64,000 bases of DNA, from positions 17,908 to 81,907 of the forward strand of contig CAYQAR010000001.1 of the NCBI GenBank assembly GCA_964415505.1, in the 5' to 3' direction. Each line of letters begins with the position of its first letter. The stretch's first letter is position 1. The notes under the pieces were generated by a model. That model did no database searches. It was not told where the DNA came from and worked only from the letters and a program-made list of their open reading frames with translations. Source of the stretch: an uncultured Chromatiaceae bacterium. Lineage in GTDB: Bacteria > Pseudomonadota > Gammaproteobacteria > Steroidobacterales > GCA-2729495. The translations under genes and the position numbers were made by a program. This document shows positions 26,130-39,159 of this stretch, one piece after another.

Positions 26130-28337
26130 TCAGGTCCCGAGCTGGAAGACGAGCAGGGCGCCGATGTAGCCCATGCCCGTCATGTAGACCCAGGCGAAAC
26201 CGGCCCAGCCCCAGCTGTTGGTTTCGCGCCGGATCATGACGATGGTGGCGACGCACTGCAGGCAAAAGGCGTAGAAGACCAGCAGGCCCAGCGCCATCGG
26301 CAGCGTGTATACGGGGCGGCCGTCGGGCCAGGTGGCCGCCCGCAGCTGCCCGATCAGTGCCACTTCGTTTTCGTTGGTGTCCGCCCCGACGGCGTAAATG
26401 GTGCCGAGAACGGCGACGACGACCTCACGCGCCGGAAAGCCGGCGATCACGGCTGCCGATACCTTCCAGTCCCAGCCGAGCGGGGCGAACAGCGGGGCGA
26501 TGAACTTGCCGAGGCGGCCGAGGTAGCTGCCCTCGAGGTGGGCGGCGCCCTCGGCATCGTCGATGCGGCGCAGTTCCGCGCCACGCTCTTCACCGCTGAG
26601 CGTGGCCTCGGCACGGGCGCGCTCGGTGTCGAAGCGTTCACCGGTCGTCTCCGGCGACGGAAAGTAGGCGAGCGCCCAGATCACCACGGCGACGCTGAAG
26701 ATGACGGTGCCGGCACGCACCAGGAAGACGCGCCCGCGCTCGAGCAGGCGCAGCAGCACCGAGCGCCAGTTCGGCAGGCGGTAGGGTGGCAACTCGATCA
26801 GGAAGGTCGGTGTGGGCCCACGCAGCGCGGTGCGTTTCATCACGAACGCGGTGAAGACGCCGGCGAAGATGCCGAGCAGGTACAGCGTGAGCAGCACCAG
26901 GCCCTGCAGGTTGACGCTGCCGCCGAGGTAGCGCTGGTCGGGGATGAAGGCGCCGATCAGCAGTGCGTACACGGGGAGCCGTGCCGAGCAGGTCATGAAC
27001 GGCGCGGCGAGGATGGTGGCGAGCCGGTCGCGCCGCTCCGGGATGACGCGCGTGGCCATGATGCCGGGCACCGCGCAGGCAAAGCTCGAAAGCATCGGGA
27101 TGAACGACTGCCCCGACAGCCCGCACAGGCGCATCACCCGGTCGATGAGGAATGCGACCCGCGGCATGTAGCCGGTGTCCTCGAGCAGGATGATGAAGGC
27201 GAACAGGATCATGATCTGCGGCAGGAAGATGACCACGCTGCCGACACCGGCGATGGCGCCGTCGACCAGCAGGCTGGTGAGTGCGCCAGGCGGCATCACC
27301 GCGCGGATGGCTTCGCCGAGCGTCGTGGTGGCCGCGTCGATCAGGTCCATGAGCGGCGTGGCCCACGAGAAAACCGCCTGGAACACGGTGGCCATCACCA
27401 GCACGAACAGCAGCGCGCCGATCACCGGATGGTTGGTGACGCGGTCGAGGCGCTCGCGCAGCGTCACGCGTGGCGGGGCGCGCCGTTCCACCACGGTGAC
27501 GATGCCGTTGATGAGGTCGTAACGGCTGCGTGCCTCGATGGCGGCGAGCGAGCTGCCGGTGCTGAGCCGCATGCGCAGCTCGACGAGTTCGACCAGGAAC
27601 TCGGGGCTCGTCGCGTACTCGAAGCGCCGCTCGGCGATGCCGCCGGCGTCGATCAGCGCGCGCTCGACCTCGTAGGCGGACAGATTGTGGCCGGCTGTGC
27701 TGAGCCTCGTGGACAGGTCGACTGCGGCACGGTGTACCTCGGGCAGCACGACGAGGCGTTCGCGCGGTGGTTGCGCGATGGCGGCAGCCAGCGCGGCGCG
27801 CAGCTGCGTCACGCCTTCGCCGCTGGTGGCGACCACCGGGACCACCGCGCAGTCAAGCCGCTGTGCCAGTGCGGCGACATCGATCTCGACGCCGGCCTCG
27901 GTGGCCACGTCGAGCATGTTGAGGGCGATCACCAGCGGCAGCCCGAGCTCGGCGAGCTGGGTCGCGAGGAACAGGTTGCGGCGCAGGTTGGTCGCGTCGA
28001 CGACCACCAGCACGGTGCGCGGCGGGGCGAGGTCTTCGACGTGGCCGAGCAGCACGTCGATCGCCACCATCTCGTCGGGGGAGCGTGCCGCGAGTGAATA
28101 AGTGCCGGGCAGGTCGACCAGGCACACATCGCGGCCACCGAGATCGATGCGCCCGGTATGCCGCTCGACGGTCACGCCCGGATAGTTGGCGGTCTTCTGC
28201 TTCAGCCCGGTGAGGGCATTGAAGAGGGTGCTCTTGCCGGTGTTCGGGTTGCCGATGACGGCGACGACCGGGGCGGCGTGGGGGTCGGGTGCCGCTGTAG
28301 CGCGCGTGGATGCCCCGGCCGGGGCCGGTGCGCTCAT
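26130..28337 (-). CDS. feoB: Ferrous iron transporter B
   Basis: GNPNTGKS, NYPGVTVE, DLPGTYSL, NMLD, CSARLPVY and ELPPYRLP motifs. Confidence 0.97.
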   Translation of the reverse strand: MSAPAPAGASTRATAAPDPHAAPVVAVIGNPNTGKSTLFNALTGLKQKTANYPGVTVERHTGRIDLGGRDVCLVDLPGTYSLAARSPDEMVAIDVLLGHVEDLAPPRTVLVVVDATNLRRNLFLATQLAELGLPLVIALNMLDVATEAGVEIDVAALAQRLDCAVVPVVATSGEGVTQLRAALAAAIAQPPRERLVVLPEVHRAAVDLSTRLSTAGHNLSAYEVERALIDAGGIAERRFEYATSPEFLVELVELRMRLSTGSSLAAIEARSRYDLINGIVTVVERRAPPRVTLRERLDRVTNHPVIGALLFVLVMATVFQAVFSWATPLMDLIDAATTTLGEAIRAVMPPGALTSLLVDGAIAGVGSVVIFLPQIMILFAFIILLEDTGYMPRVAFLIDRVMRLCGLSGQSFIPMLSSFACAVPGIMATRVIPERRDRLATILAAPFMTCSARLPVYALLIGAFIPDQRYLGGSVNLQGLVLLTLYLLGIFAGVFTAFVMKRTALRGPTPTFLIELPPYRLPNWRSVLLRLLERGRVFLVRAGTVIFSVAVVIWALAYFPSPETTGERFDTERARAEATLSGEERGAELRRIDDAEGAAHLEGSYLGRLGKFIAPLFAPLGWDWKVSAAVIAGFPAREVVVAVLGTIYAVGADTNENEVALIGQLRAATWPDGRPVYTLPMALGLLVFYAFCLQCVATIVMIRRETNSWGWAGFAWVYMTGMGYIGALLVFQLGT

Positions 28338-28561
28338 GGGCCGAGCCGGACCTCGACGCGGCGCGCCTCTTCGCGGCGCAGCGACAACGAGTAGCCCATG
28401 ACCTGGACCTCGACCGGGTCGCCGCCGAGGGCGCGGCGGATCATGGCGATGGGAGACCCCTCGAGCAGGCCGAGGGCCATCAGGCGCTGCACCAGCGGAC
28501 CGTCCCCGTCGACACGGGTGATCGTGCCCTGCTGGCCGGGCTTGAGTTCGTCGAGGGTCAT
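28334..28561 (-). CDS. feoA: Ferrous iron transport protein A
   Basis: RLMALGLLEG, ALGGDP and LSLRREEA motifs; overlaps the feoB start. Confidence 0.95.
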   Translation of the reverse strand: MTLDELKPGQQGTITRVDGDGPLVQRLMALGLLEGSPIAMIRRALGGDPVEVQVMGYSLSLRREEARRVEVRLGP

Positions 28562-28630
28562 CGCGCGGTAATTGTAGAGGAGAACCGCGTGCGGCGCTGG
28601 CCGCGTGCCGGTGGCGACGTCGTGGCTGGT

Positions 28631-29845
28631 TCAGGAAGCCTGTGCCGGGCGGCTGGCGATCGGGCGCGTGGCGCCGTGCTGCAGGAGTTCGAGCTCCTGC
28701 TCGTAGGACTTGGTCAGTTCGTCGATGACGATGGCGGGCAACGGTGCACCTTCTTCCTGGTGCATGAGCGTCAGGTAGCTCTCCTCGTAGAGCTCCCAGT
28801 ACTTGAGCTTGTTCGCTCCGGCCAGCAGCGGCGAGCGCTTCAGGCCGCGGTCGAAGCGGCCGCGCAGTTCGTCGGGTTCCAGCCGCTCGGCGAAGTCGCG
28901 TACCGCGTGGATCATTGCCTTGAACAGGGCCTGCTGGTGGTTGCGCACGTCCTGGAAGGCCGCCTGCACGGCACGGTCCGGCGGCATGTAGGACTGGCCC
29001 GGCTCGCCGAGCAGGTAGCGCAGTGCCTCGGCGACGTTCGGCGAGAACTTCAGCGGGTTGTTCGCTGCCGGGCGGATCACGGTCTGCGGCAGGCGCAGGG
29101 CATCCTTCATGCGCGAGCGGCTCTGCAGCAGGTCGGCCAGGCCGGTGACGAGCTCGCGGGTGAGGGTGCCGGCGATCCTGAGAATTTCCTCGGGGTTCGT
29201 GCCGTGCAGGTCGGCCGGCGTGAGCCCGGCGGCCTTGCAGAACACCTCGACCGCGGCCGCGTGCCCCCTGGCTGGCTCTGCCTTGCGCTCGGGCAGGCGG
29301 CCGGCATCGGCCGGCGGGCCCGGCGGTGTGCCGGCTGCGGGCAGACGCATCACGCTGCTCGCCCCCGGCTCGGCGGGCTTCAGGTGCCGCTCGAGGGCAT
29401 TGAATTCGAAGGCGCGCATGTTCTTTTCGTCGACGAGTTGCAGCTCCATCGACTCGTCGACCGGCACGAGCTGCGCGCGCACCACCGAATCGCGCATGCC
29501 ATCGTCGGCCACGCCCTCGTCGCCGGCGGTGACCTCCACGGTGATCTCGTACTCGCCCATGCGCAGGCGGTCGCCATTGAACAGCCGCTGCGGATGGCCG
29601 CGGCCCACGGCCGCGTCGGAGCCATTGATATAGACGCCGTTGCGGCTGGTGTCGACGAGGTAATAGGCGCCACCCTGGAAGTCGATGAGCGCATGGCGGC
29701 TGGAGATGAAGCGCTTGGTGTCGGGCAGCACCCAGTCGTTGTCCTCGGCGCGGCCGATGGTACCGCCGCAGGACACGAACTCGCGCAGCTGGGCCTCGCC
29801 CAACTGGCTTTTCTGCTGGCTGGTGATTCGCAGGCGCAACGCCAT
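28631..29845 (-). CDS. TagH/Fha-like FHA-domain protein (T6SS-associated family)
   Basis: IGRAEDNDWVL, ISSRHA, DTSRNG (FHA); NNPLKFS; YWELYEE. Confidence 0.85.
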   Translation of the reverse strand: MALRLRITSQQKSQLGEAQLREFVSCGGTIGRAEDNDWVLPDTKRFISSRHALIDFQGGAYYLVDTSRNGVYINGSDAAVGRGHPQRLFNGDRLRMGEYEITVEVTAGDEGVADDGMRDSVVRAQLVPVDESMELQLVDEKNMRAFEFNALERHLKPAEPGASSVMRLPAAGTPPGPPADAGRLPERKAEPARGHAAAVEVFCKAAGLTPADLHGTNPEEILRIAGTLTRELVTGLADLLQSRSRMKDALRLPQTVIRPAANNPLKFSPNVAEALRYLLGEPGQSYMPPDRAVQAAFQDVRNHQQALFKAMIHAVRDFAERLEPDELRGRFDRGLKRSPLLAGANKLKYWELYEESYLTLMHQEEGAPLPAIVIDELTKSYEQELELLQHGATRPIASRPAQAS

Positions 29846-30066
29846 GGTGGATCCCGGCCGCCCGGTATGCCCCCGTCGGGCAGCCGGTGCGACACTCAAT
29901 TTCCGCTGGTGCATCATGGCGCTGCACCCCGGTCGGTGCCGCCGTCTGGTTCACAGTTCTCCGCGCCTGGAGCCGGGTCTGCGCAGCAGCCGGCTGGGCT
30001 ATAATGCGGCCCCGTCTGAAGGGGTGCGTTGCTCCTGCCGGACTGGCCAGTCACCGCGCACCCGAG

Positions 30067-30408
30067 ATGTCCGCCCGCCGACTTTACAAAATCTCGTTCG
30101 TCAACCAGGGCAAGGTCTACGAGATCTACGCCCGGTCCGTGAGCCAGGGAACGCTGTTCGGCTTCATCGAGGTCGAGAAGCTCGTCTTCGGCGAGCGCAG
30201 CACCGTGGTGGTCGACCCGTCCGAGGAACGCATCAAGGCCGAGTTCGAGGGGGTGCGCCGCACCTACCTGCCGATGCACTCCGTGCTGCGCATCGACGAA
30301 GTCGAGAAGGAAGGCGTCAGCAAGATCAGCAAGGCCGAGGGCAGCAACGTCGCCCAGTTCCCGATGCCGGTCTACAGCCCCGGCAGCCGTCATGACGGCG
30401 GTGACTGA
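30067..30408 (+). CDS. DUF1820 family protein
   Basis: [30 protein letters not shown] and IDEVEKEG motifs; TATAAT at 30000-30005. Confidence 0.85.
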   Translation: MSARRLYKISFVNQGKVYEIYARSVSQGTLFGFIEVEKLVFGERSTVVVDPSEERIKAEFEGVRRTYLPMHSVLRIDEVEKEGVSKISKAEGSNVAQFPMPVYSPGSRHDGGD

Positions 30409-33400
30409 GCCGGCTGGTCCGCCACGGCCGGGGCTGCACGAGTTTCCCGGCCCACCGGCCCTGTCCGATTTCCGCCTGGCACGCCTGCTGGGCCAGGTCC
30501 AGGCCGTGGCGCCGCGCGTGACCGGGCTCGAGGCGCGCTTCGTGCACTACGTGGATGCAGCGACCGGCCTGACGCCGCGCGAGCGCGACACGCTTGGCGA
30601 ACTGCTGCACTACGGGTCGACCCGCGCGCCGCGGGCCGGCGCCGTGCCGGCGCTCTGGGTCGTCCCGCGACTCGGCACGATCTCGCCGTGGGCGAGCAAG
30701 GCGACCGACATCGCGCGCCTCTGCGGGCTCGGCGCCGTGCGGCGCATCGAGCGCGGCGTGGCCTGGAGCCTCGCGAGCGCGGTGCCGCTGTCGACCGTCG
30801 AGATCGGGGCGATCGCCCCGCTGGTCCACGACCGTATGACCGAGTCGGTGCTCACCCGTCCGGTCGAGGCGCTCGATCTGTTCGCGCGCCAGCCACCGGC
30901 GCGAGTGCGCCGCGTCGCGCTCGGCACGGGCGCCCGTGCGGCTCTCGAGACCGCCAACCGCGATCTCGGCCTCGCCCTCTCCACCGACGAAATCGATTAC
31001 CTCGCCAGGCACTTCGGCGAACTCGGCCGCGATCCGACCGACGCCGAACTGATGATGTTCGCGCAGGCGAACTCCGAGCATTGCCGACACAAGATCTTCA
31101 ACGCGACCTGGATCATCGACGGTGAGGCGCAGCCGCAGACCCTCTTCGACCTGATCCGCGCCACGCACGCTACCAACCCGGCCGGCGTGCTCAGCGCCTA
31201 CCGCGACAACGCTGCGGTCGTGGCCGGTGCCACGGCAGGACGGCTGCTCGCCGACCCGGCGACGGGCGCGTACCGGCTCGAACATGAGCCGGTGCACACC
31301 CTCGTGAAGGTCGAGACGCACAACCACCCGACGGCGATTTCGCCCTTTCCGGGTGCAGCCACCGGTGCCGGCGGCGAGATCCGCGACGAAGGCGCGACCG
31401 GGCGCGGTGCCAGGCCCAAGGCCGGGCTCTGCGGCTTCACGGTCTCACACCTGCGCCTGCCCGACGGCGCCGAGCCCTGGGAGAACGGTGGCCTCGGCCG
31501 GCCACGGCGCGTCGCCGCGCCGCTGCAGATCATGCTGGAAGGACCGATCGGTGCGGCCGCATTCAACAACGAGTTCGGCCGGCCGAACATCGCCGGCTAC
31601 TTCCGCACCTTCGAGCAGTCCATGGCGGGCGAGGCCGGCCGCGCCTGGGGTTACCACAAGCCGATCATGATCGCCGGCGGGCTCGGCAACATCCGCGAGG
31701 CCGACGTCCACAAGGCCGAGGTACCGCCCGGTGCGTTGCTGGTGGTGCTTGGCGGCCCAGCCATGCTGATCGGACTCGGTGGCGGCGCGGCCTCGTCGAT
31801 GACCGCCGGAACGAGCACCGAGGATCTCGACTTCGCCTCCGTCCAGCGTGGCAATCCGGAGATGCAGCGCCGCGCCCAGCAGGTGATCGAGTCCTGCTGG
31901 GCGGCTGGTGCGTCACCGTCGGGACACAACCCGATCCTCATCGTGCATGACGTCGGTGCCGGCGGGCTGTCGAATGCGCTGCCCGAACTCGTCGACCACA
32001 GTCACCGCGGCGCGCGGCTCGAGTTGCGCGACATCCCGAGCGCCGAGCCCGGGCTGTCGCCGGCGGAGATCTGGTGCAACGAGGCGCAGGAGCGCTACGT
32101 GCTGGCCATCGCGCCGGCCGACCTCGCCTGGTTCGCTGCCGCCTGTGAGCGCGAGCGTTGCCCGTTCGCCGTGCTCGGCTCGGCCGATACGAGCGGACAA
32201 CTGACGGTCACCGACCGCCTGCACGGCGAGCCGCCGGTCGACCTGCCCCTCGAGGTGCTGCTCGGCAAGCCGCCGCGCACGGTGATGACCGTGACGCGCG
32301 CTCGCCGCAGTGTGCCGGCAGCGGCCTTTGCGCACCTCGATCTGGCCGAATCCTGCCGGCGCGTGCTGCGCTTCCCGGCGGTCGCCGACAAGTCGTTCCT
32401 CATCCACATCGGCGATCGCACCGTCGGCGGCCTCGTCTGCCGCGACCAGCTGGTCGGGCCGTGGCAGGTGCCGGTGGCCGACGTCGCGGTCACTGCGCTT
32501 GGGTTCGAGGGCAGCGCAGGCGAGGCGATGGCGATGGGCGAACGCACACCGCTCGCCGTGCTCGACCCGCCCGCTTCCGGGCGCATGGCGGTCGGCGAAG
32601 CGCTGACCAACGTGCTCGCCGGCGGCATCAGCGCCCTCGACGAGGTGCGCCTGTCGGCCAACTGGATGGCGGCGAGCGGCGTGGCCGGCGAGGACGAAGC
32701 GCTGTTCGATACCGTCAGTGCGGTGAGCGTGCTGGCGCGGGCGCTGCGCATCGCCATCCCGGTCGGCAAGGACTCGCTCTCCATGCGCACGGCCTGGCAG
32801 GACCGCGGCCAGCCGAAGGCCGTGGTGGCGCCGGTGTCGCTGATCGTGTCGGCCTTCGCGCCGGTGCCCGATGTCACCCGCACGCTGACGCCGGAACTCG
32901 TGCGGACCGGCGACACGGAACTCTACCTCGTCGATCTCGGTGCCGGGCGCAATCGCCTGGGCGGTTCCTGCCTCGCGCAGGTGCACGGCATCGCCGGCGG
33001 GGCGGTGCCCGATGTGGACGACCCGGCGCGCCTCGCGGCATTCGCCGAGATCGTGCTCGGGCTGCACCGGCGCGGCCTGCTGCTCGCGTATCACGACCGC
33101 AGCGACGGCGGCATCTTCGCCACGCTGGCCGAGATGGCCTTCGCCGGCCGTGCCGGCTTCGCGATCGACCTGCCGCCGGGCGAGGGTGGGGCGGTCGGTG
33201 CGCTGTTCACCGAGGAACTGGGTGCAGTGCTGCAGCTGCGCGCCACCGATGTGCCCGCGCTCGAAGCGGCCTGCGCGGGCGCTGGTCTCGGCCACTGCCT
33301 GCACCGGCTCGGCGCCGTCGACGGCAGCGACCGGCTGGTCTTCCGCCACGATGGCCAGGTGCTGCTCGACTTCACCCGCGGGGAACTGCGGGCGACGTGG

Positions 33401-34333
33401 TCAGAGCTGAGTTACCGCATGCAGGCGCTGCGCGACCATCCGGCGGCGGCAGCCGAAGCCCACGCGACCGCCTGCGACGAGGCAGACCCGGGCCTTGCCC
33501 CGGTGCTCAGTTTCGCTCCGGCGGAAAACGTCGCGGCGCCGTTCATAGCCACCGGGGTGCGCCCGCCGGTCGCCATCCTGCGCGAGCAGGGCGTGAACAG
33601 CCAGCTCGAGATGGCGGCGGCCTTCCTGCGCGCCGGTTTCGCCCCGGTCGACGTGCACATGTCCGACCTGCTCGAGGGGCGCCGCTCGCTTGCGGAGTTC
33701 CGTGGCCTGGTGATCTGCGGCGGTTTTTCCTTCGGCGACGTGCTCGGCGCCGGTGGTGGCTGGGCGAAATCGATCCTGTTCAACGCGCAGGCGCGCGCCG
33801 GCTTCCAGGCGTTCTTCGAGCGCACCGACACGTTCACGCTCGGCGTGTGCAACGGCTGCCAGATGCTCGCCACGCTGCGCCCGATCATCCCCGGCACGGC
33901 GCACTGGCCGCGCTTCGTGCAGAACTTCTCCGAGCAGTTCGAGGCGCGCCTGAACCTGGTCGAGGTGCTGCCGAGCCGCTCGGTGCTGCTTGGCGGGATG
34001 ACGGGCAGCCGGCTGCTGATCGCGACCTCGCACGGCGAGGGCCGCGCCGAGTTTGCAGCCCCGACCGATCTGCCGGCCTGCTACGCCGCCGGCCAGGTGG
34101 CGATCCGCTACGTCGACAACCACGGGCGCCCGGCACGCAGCTATCCCGCCAATCCGAACGGATCGCCGGACGGCGTGGCGGGATTCACGTCTGCGGACGG
34201 TCGTGTGACGGTCTTCATGCCGCACCCGGAACGCGTTCACCTCACGCGCCAGCACTCCTGGGCGCCGCGGGAATGGGGCGAGGAAGGCCCGTGGCTACGG
34301 ATGTTCCGCAACGCCCGGGCGTGGGTGGGCTGA
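30392..34333 (+). CDS. purL: Phosphoribosylformylglycinamidine synthase (large type)
   Basis: [27 protein letters not shown] and MPHPER motifs. Confidence 0.98.
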   Translation: MTAVTEPAGPPRPGLHEFPGPPALSDFRLARLLGQVQAVAPRVTGLEARFVHYVDAATGLTPRERDTLGELLHYGSTRAPRAGAVPALWVVPRLGTISPWASKATDIARLCGLGAVRRIERGVAWSLASAVPLSTVEIGAIAPLVHDRMTESVLTRPVEALDLFARQPPARVRRVALGTGARAALETANRDLGLALSTDEIDYLARHFGELGRDPTDAELMMFAQANSEHCRHKIFNATWIIDGEAQPQTLFDLIRATHATNPAGVLSAYRDNAAVVAGATAGRLLADPATGAYRLEHEPVHTLVKVETHNHPTAISPFPGAATGAGGEIRDEGATGRGARPKAGLCGFTVSHLRLPDGAEPWENGGLGRPRRVAAPLQIMLEGPIGAAAFNNEFGRPNIAGYFRTFEQSMAGEAGRAWGYHKPIMIAGGLGNIREADVHKAEVPPGALLVVLGGPAMLIGLGGGAASSMTAGTSTEDLDFASVQRGNPEMQRRAQQVIESCWAAGASPSGHNPILIVHDVGAGGLSNALPELVDHSHRGARLELRDIPSAEPGLSPAEIWCNEAQERYVLAIAPADLAWFAAACERERCPFAVLGSADTSGQLTVTDRLHGEPPVDLPLEVLLGKPPRTVMTVTRARRSVPAAAFAHLDLAESCRRVLRFPAVADKSFLIHIGDRTVGGLVCRDQLVGPWQVPVADVAVTALGFEGSAGEAMAMGERTPLAVLDPPASGRMAVGEALTNVLAGGISALDEVRLSANWMAASGVAGEDEALFDTVSAVSVLARALRIAIPVGKDSLSMRTAWQDRGQPKAVVAPVSLIVSAFAPVPDVTRTLTPELVRTGDTELYLVDLGAGRNRLGGSCLAQVHGIAGGAVPDVDDPARLAAFAEIVLGLHRRGLLLAYHDRSDGGIFATLAEMAFAGRAGFAIDLPPGEGGAVGALFTEELGAVLQLRATDVPALEAACAGAGLGHCLHRLGAVDGSDRLVFRHDGQVLLDFTRGELRATWSELSYRMQALRDHPAAAAEAHATACDEADPGLAPVLSFAPAENVAAPFIATGVRPPVAILREQGVNSQLEMAAAFLRAGFAPVDVHMSDLLEGRRSLAEFRGLVICGGFSFGDVLGAGGGWAKSILFNAQARAGFQAFFERTDTFTLGVCNGCQMLATLRPIIPGTAHWPRFVQNFSEQFEARLNLVEVLPSRSVLLGGMTGSRLLIATSHGEGRAEFAAPTDLPACYAAGQVAIRYVDNHGRPARSYPANPNGSPDGVAGFTSADGRVTVFMPHPERVHLTRQHSWAPREWGEEGPWLRMFRNARAWVG

Positions 34334-34354
34334 TCGCCCCGAGCGCCGGTCCGG

Positions 34355-35071
34355 TCAGCGACCTGCCGAGCGCGACGCCGGCAGTTCGCCGGCGGGGCGC
34401 GCCGGTTCAGCGGCCGGGAACTGGCGCAGGCGCAGCGCCGCCTGCAACTTCGCGCGGCGCACATAGGCCTGGTAGAGCAGGTCCTTCATCGTCTCGAGCA
34501 GCACCGCCGCCTGCAGCCGCGTGAGCGGTGTGCTCGTCGTGCCCTGCACCGGCTCGCCCTCGAAGAGCACGCGGCGGATCGCGGCAAAGGTGGCTTCGTC
34601 GATCCCGGCGAGTGCCTTCACTTCGGCAACCTGATCGAAGATGCGCAGGCGGCTGCGCTCGCCCTGGTCCTCCAGCACCGCCTGGACCGTGGCCCGGCAC
34701 ATCACCGCGAATGCCTGCAGCAGGCCGGCTGCATGGCAGGCGAGCGCCTCGCGGAAGGCGGCGGCGACGCGCTCGGGGAGCGTGTCGTAGCTGAAGCGCT
34801 CCGGTGGGCGTTCCATCTGCTCGGGGTGCGGGTGGAACTCGACACGGTCCTCGTGCCAGGCGCGCACCCGGTAACGGACGAACAGCGGGGTGTGGCAGGA
34901 GTCGCACTGGAGCACGATGCCGACGCGGGCCGGGCGGTCGGCCCGCAGCCGCACGAAGCCGGGACAGGCGAGCAGCGACAGGTGCGCTGTGTTTCCGCAG
35001 TGCGGGCATTCACCGCTGACCGACTCGCGGTGCAGGCGGTTCTGGCTGTCGAGGTAGGCCGCTGTGGTCAT
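34355..35071 (-). CDS. Zinc-ribbon plus DUF4145/HEPN-like protein
   Basis: CPHC...CDSC, then LPERVAAAFREALAC..AFAVMCRATVQA and LLETMKDLLYQAYV. Confidence 0.6.
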   Translation of the reverse strand: MTTAAYLDSQNRLHRESVSGECPHCGNTAHLSLLACPGFVRLRADRPARVGIVLQCDSCHTPLFVRYRVRAWHEDRVEFHPHPEQMERPPERFSYDTLPERVAAAFREALACHAAGLLQAFAVMCRATVQAVLEDQGERSRLRIFDQVAEVKALAGIDEATFAAIRRVLFEGEPVQGTTSTPLTRLQAAVLLETMKDLLYQAYVRRAKLQAALRLRQFPAAEPARPAGELPASRSAGR

Positions 35072-35096
35072 AGTACGCGCTCCGTCCCCGCGCGCT

Positions 35097-36770
<1,674 letters not shown>

Positions 36771-36857
36771 GAAGTCCGAAGTCCGGCTGAACGGCGACGC
36801 GCGATTATCCCGGAAGCGCCGCGCCGCTGCACCCTATAATCCGGCTGAGTCCGCTCC

Positions 36858-37832
36858 ATGCCTTACCAGGTCCTGGTCATCCGCGATCCGCGCACCGCTG
36901 CCTACGGTTTCGGCGGCGGCCATCCTTTCGGCCCGGACCGTCACGATGTCTTTCACCGCGAACTGGAACGCAGCGGGCTCGCCGCGCAGGTGGCGCTGCA
37001 GGCCGGGCGACCGGCGACCCGCGAGGAACTGCTCGCCTTCCACACGAGCAGGCACGTCGATTTCGTCGAGCAGGCCTGCGCGAGCGGGCAGGGGTTTCTC
37101 GACGGCGGTGATACCCCGGCCGAGGCGGGCCTCGAGGCAGCTGCAGCCGCCGTGGTCGGTGCCGCCGTCGTCGCCATGGAGGCGGTGATGGCCGGGGAGG
37201 CGCCGAGCGCTTTCGTGCCGATCGCCGGGCTGCACCATGCCGGCCGTGACCACGCCGCGGGCTTTTGTGTCTACAACGACTGCGGCGTGGTGATCGAACT
37301 GCTGCGCCGGCGCCACGGGCTGGAGCGCATCGCCTACGTCGATATCGACGCCCACCACGGCGACGGCGTGTACTACGGCTTCGAGGCCGACCCGGGCGTC
37401 GTCATAGCCGACATCCACGAGGACGGCCGCTATCTCTATCCTGGCACCGGCGCGGTGCACGAGACCGGCCGCGACGCCGCGCGTGGGACCAAGCTCAACC
37501 TGCCGCTGCCGCCTGGCGCCGACGATGACGCTTTGCGCAACGCCTGGGCAGGCGTCGAGGCCCACCTCGAGGCCGCGCGCCCGCAGTTCATCGTCATGCA
37601 GTGCGGGGCCGACAGCGTCGTCGGTGACCCACTGACGCACCTCGCGTTCTCAGCGGCGACGCACGGTTGGGCGGCCGGCCGGCTCGCGGCACTCGCCGCA
37701 CGCCACTGCGGCGGGCGCCTGCTCGCCACCGGTGGTGGGGGCTACGACCGGGACAATCTCGCACGCGCCTGGACCGCCGTGGTGCGCGCCCTGCTCGACG
37801 CAGCCGGAGGCAGGTTTCCGGATCCGGCCTGA
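36858..37832 (+). CDS. Histone deacetylase/AcuC family protein
   Basis: [29 protein letters not shown] and GGGGY motifs; TATAAT at 36835-36840. Confidence 0.9.
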   Translation: MPYQVLVIRDPRTAAYGFGGGHPFGPDRHDVFHRELERSGLAAQVALQAGRPATREELLAFHTSRHVDFVEQACASGQGFLDGGDTPAEAGLEAAAAAVVGAAVVAMEAVMAGEAPSAFVPIAGLHHAGRDHAAGFCVYNDCGVVIELLRRRHGLERIAYVDIDAHHGDGVYYGFEADPGVVIADIHEDGRYLYPGTGAVHETGRDAARGTKLNLPLPPGADDDALRNAWAGVEAHLEAARPQFIVMQCGADSVVGDPLTHLAFSAATHGWAAGRLAALAARHCGGRLLATGGGGYDRDNLARAWTAVVRALLDAAGGRFPDPA

Positions 37833-37887
37833 AGCGGCGCGGGTGGCTCGGGTACAATTGCGCCCCCCATCGACTCCGGAGACAGGC

Positions 37888-39141
37888 ATGTTCACGCGCG
37901 ATTTGACGATCGCCGGCTTCGATCCCGAGCTGGCTGCGGCGATCGCCGGCGAGGAGCGCCGCCAGGAAGAGCACATCGAACTCATCGCCTCGGAGAACTA
38001 TGCCAGCCCGCGCGTGCTCGAGGCCCAGGGCACGGTGCTCACCAACAAGTACGCCGAGGGCTATCCGGGCAAGCGTTACTACGGTGGCTGCGAGTTCGTC
38101 GACCGGGCCGAGGAACTCGCCATCGCGCGCGCGAAAGAGCTCTTCGGTGCCGCCTACGCCAACGTCCAGCCGCACTCCGGCTCCCAGGCCAACACGGCCG
38201 TCTACATGGCGCTGCTCAATCCCGGCGACACCGTGCTTGGCATGAGCCTTGCCCACGGCGGGCACCTGACGCACGGCTCGCCGGTGAATTTCTCCGGGCG
38301 CCTGTACCGCATCGTCTCCTACGGGCTCGACCCGGCGGGCGGAGAGATCGACTACGGCGCCGTCGAGGCGCTGGCGCACGAACACCGGCCGAAGATGATC
38401 ATCGCCGGGTTCTCGGCCTATTCGCGTGTGGTCGACTGGGAACGCTTCCGCCGCGTCGCCGATGCCGTCGGCGCCTGGCTGGTGGTCGACATGGCGCACG
38501 TCGCCGGCCTCGTCGCCGCCGGTGAATACCCGAACCCGGTGCCGGTGGCCGACGTCACCACGACCACCACGCACAAGACGCTGCGCGGTCCGCGTGGCGG
38601 GCTGATCCTCGCGCGCCCCAACGAGGATGTCGCGAAGAAGCTGAACTCGCTGGTCTTCCCCGGCATCCAGGGCGGGCCGCTGATGCATGTCATTGCCGCC
38701 AAGGCGGTGGCGCTGCTCGAGGCCATGCAGCCGGAGTTCCGCGACTACCAGCGCCGCGTCAAGGCCAACGCGCGCGCGCTGGCCGCCGCGCTGGCCGCAC
38801 GCGGTTTTCGCATCGTTTCCGGTGGCACCGACAACCATATGTTCCTGGTCGACCTCATCGACAAGGACATCACCGGCAAGGACGCGGATGCCGCGCTCGG
38901 TCGCGCCAACATCACGGTCAACAAGAATGCGGTGCCGAACGACCCGCGCTCGCCCTTCGTCACCAGCGGGCTGCGCATGGGCACCCCGGCGATCACCACC
39001 CGCGGCTTCGGTCCCGCCGAGGTCGCTGAACTCGCCGGCTGGATCGCCGAGGTGCTCGGCAACATCGGCGATGAGCAGCGCATCGCGCGCGTACGCGGTG
39101 CGGTGCTCGAACTCTGCAGCCGATTTCCCGTGTACCGGTAG
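37888..39141 (+). CDS. glyA: Serine hydroxymethyltransferase
   Basis: [16 protein letters not shown] and [13 protein letters not shown] motifs. Confidence 0.98.
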   Translation: MFTRDLTIAGFDPELAAAIAGEERRQEEHIELIASENYASPRVLEAQGTVLTNKYAEGYPGKRYYGGCEFVDRAEELAIARAKELFGAAYANVQPHSGSQANTAVYMALLNPGDTVLGMSLAHGGHLTHGSPVNFSGRLYRIVSYGLDPAGGEIDYGAVEALAHEHRPKMIIAGFSAYSRVVDWERFRRVADAVGAWLVVDMAHVAGLVAAGEYPNPVPVADVTTTTTHKTLRGPRGGLILARPNEDVAKKLNSLVFPGIQGGPLMHVIAAKAVALLEAMQPEFRDYQRRVKANARALAAALAARGFRIVSGGTDNHMFLVDLIDKDITGKDADAALGRANITVNKNAVPNDPRSPFVTSGLRMGTPAITTRGFGPAEVAELAGWIAEVLGNIGDEQRIARVRGAVLELCSRFPVYR

Positions 39142-39159
39142 CGTCGCGGTTGGTGCCGG

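Noticed and set aside
26130..29954. 1274-aa ORF suggesting a giant FeoB fusion
   Set aside because: The upstream part is an out-of-frame shadow of feoA and the FHA gene; FeoB begins at 28337
32158..34524. Long Arg/Ala/Gly-rich alternative-frame and antisense ORFs (here and throughout)
   Set aside because: Shadow ORFs typical of high-GC coding DNA overlapping well-supported genes
37833..37887. Riboswitch upstream of glyA
   Set aside because: Only 55 bp, containing a TACAAT -10; no ZTP or glycine aptamer motifs
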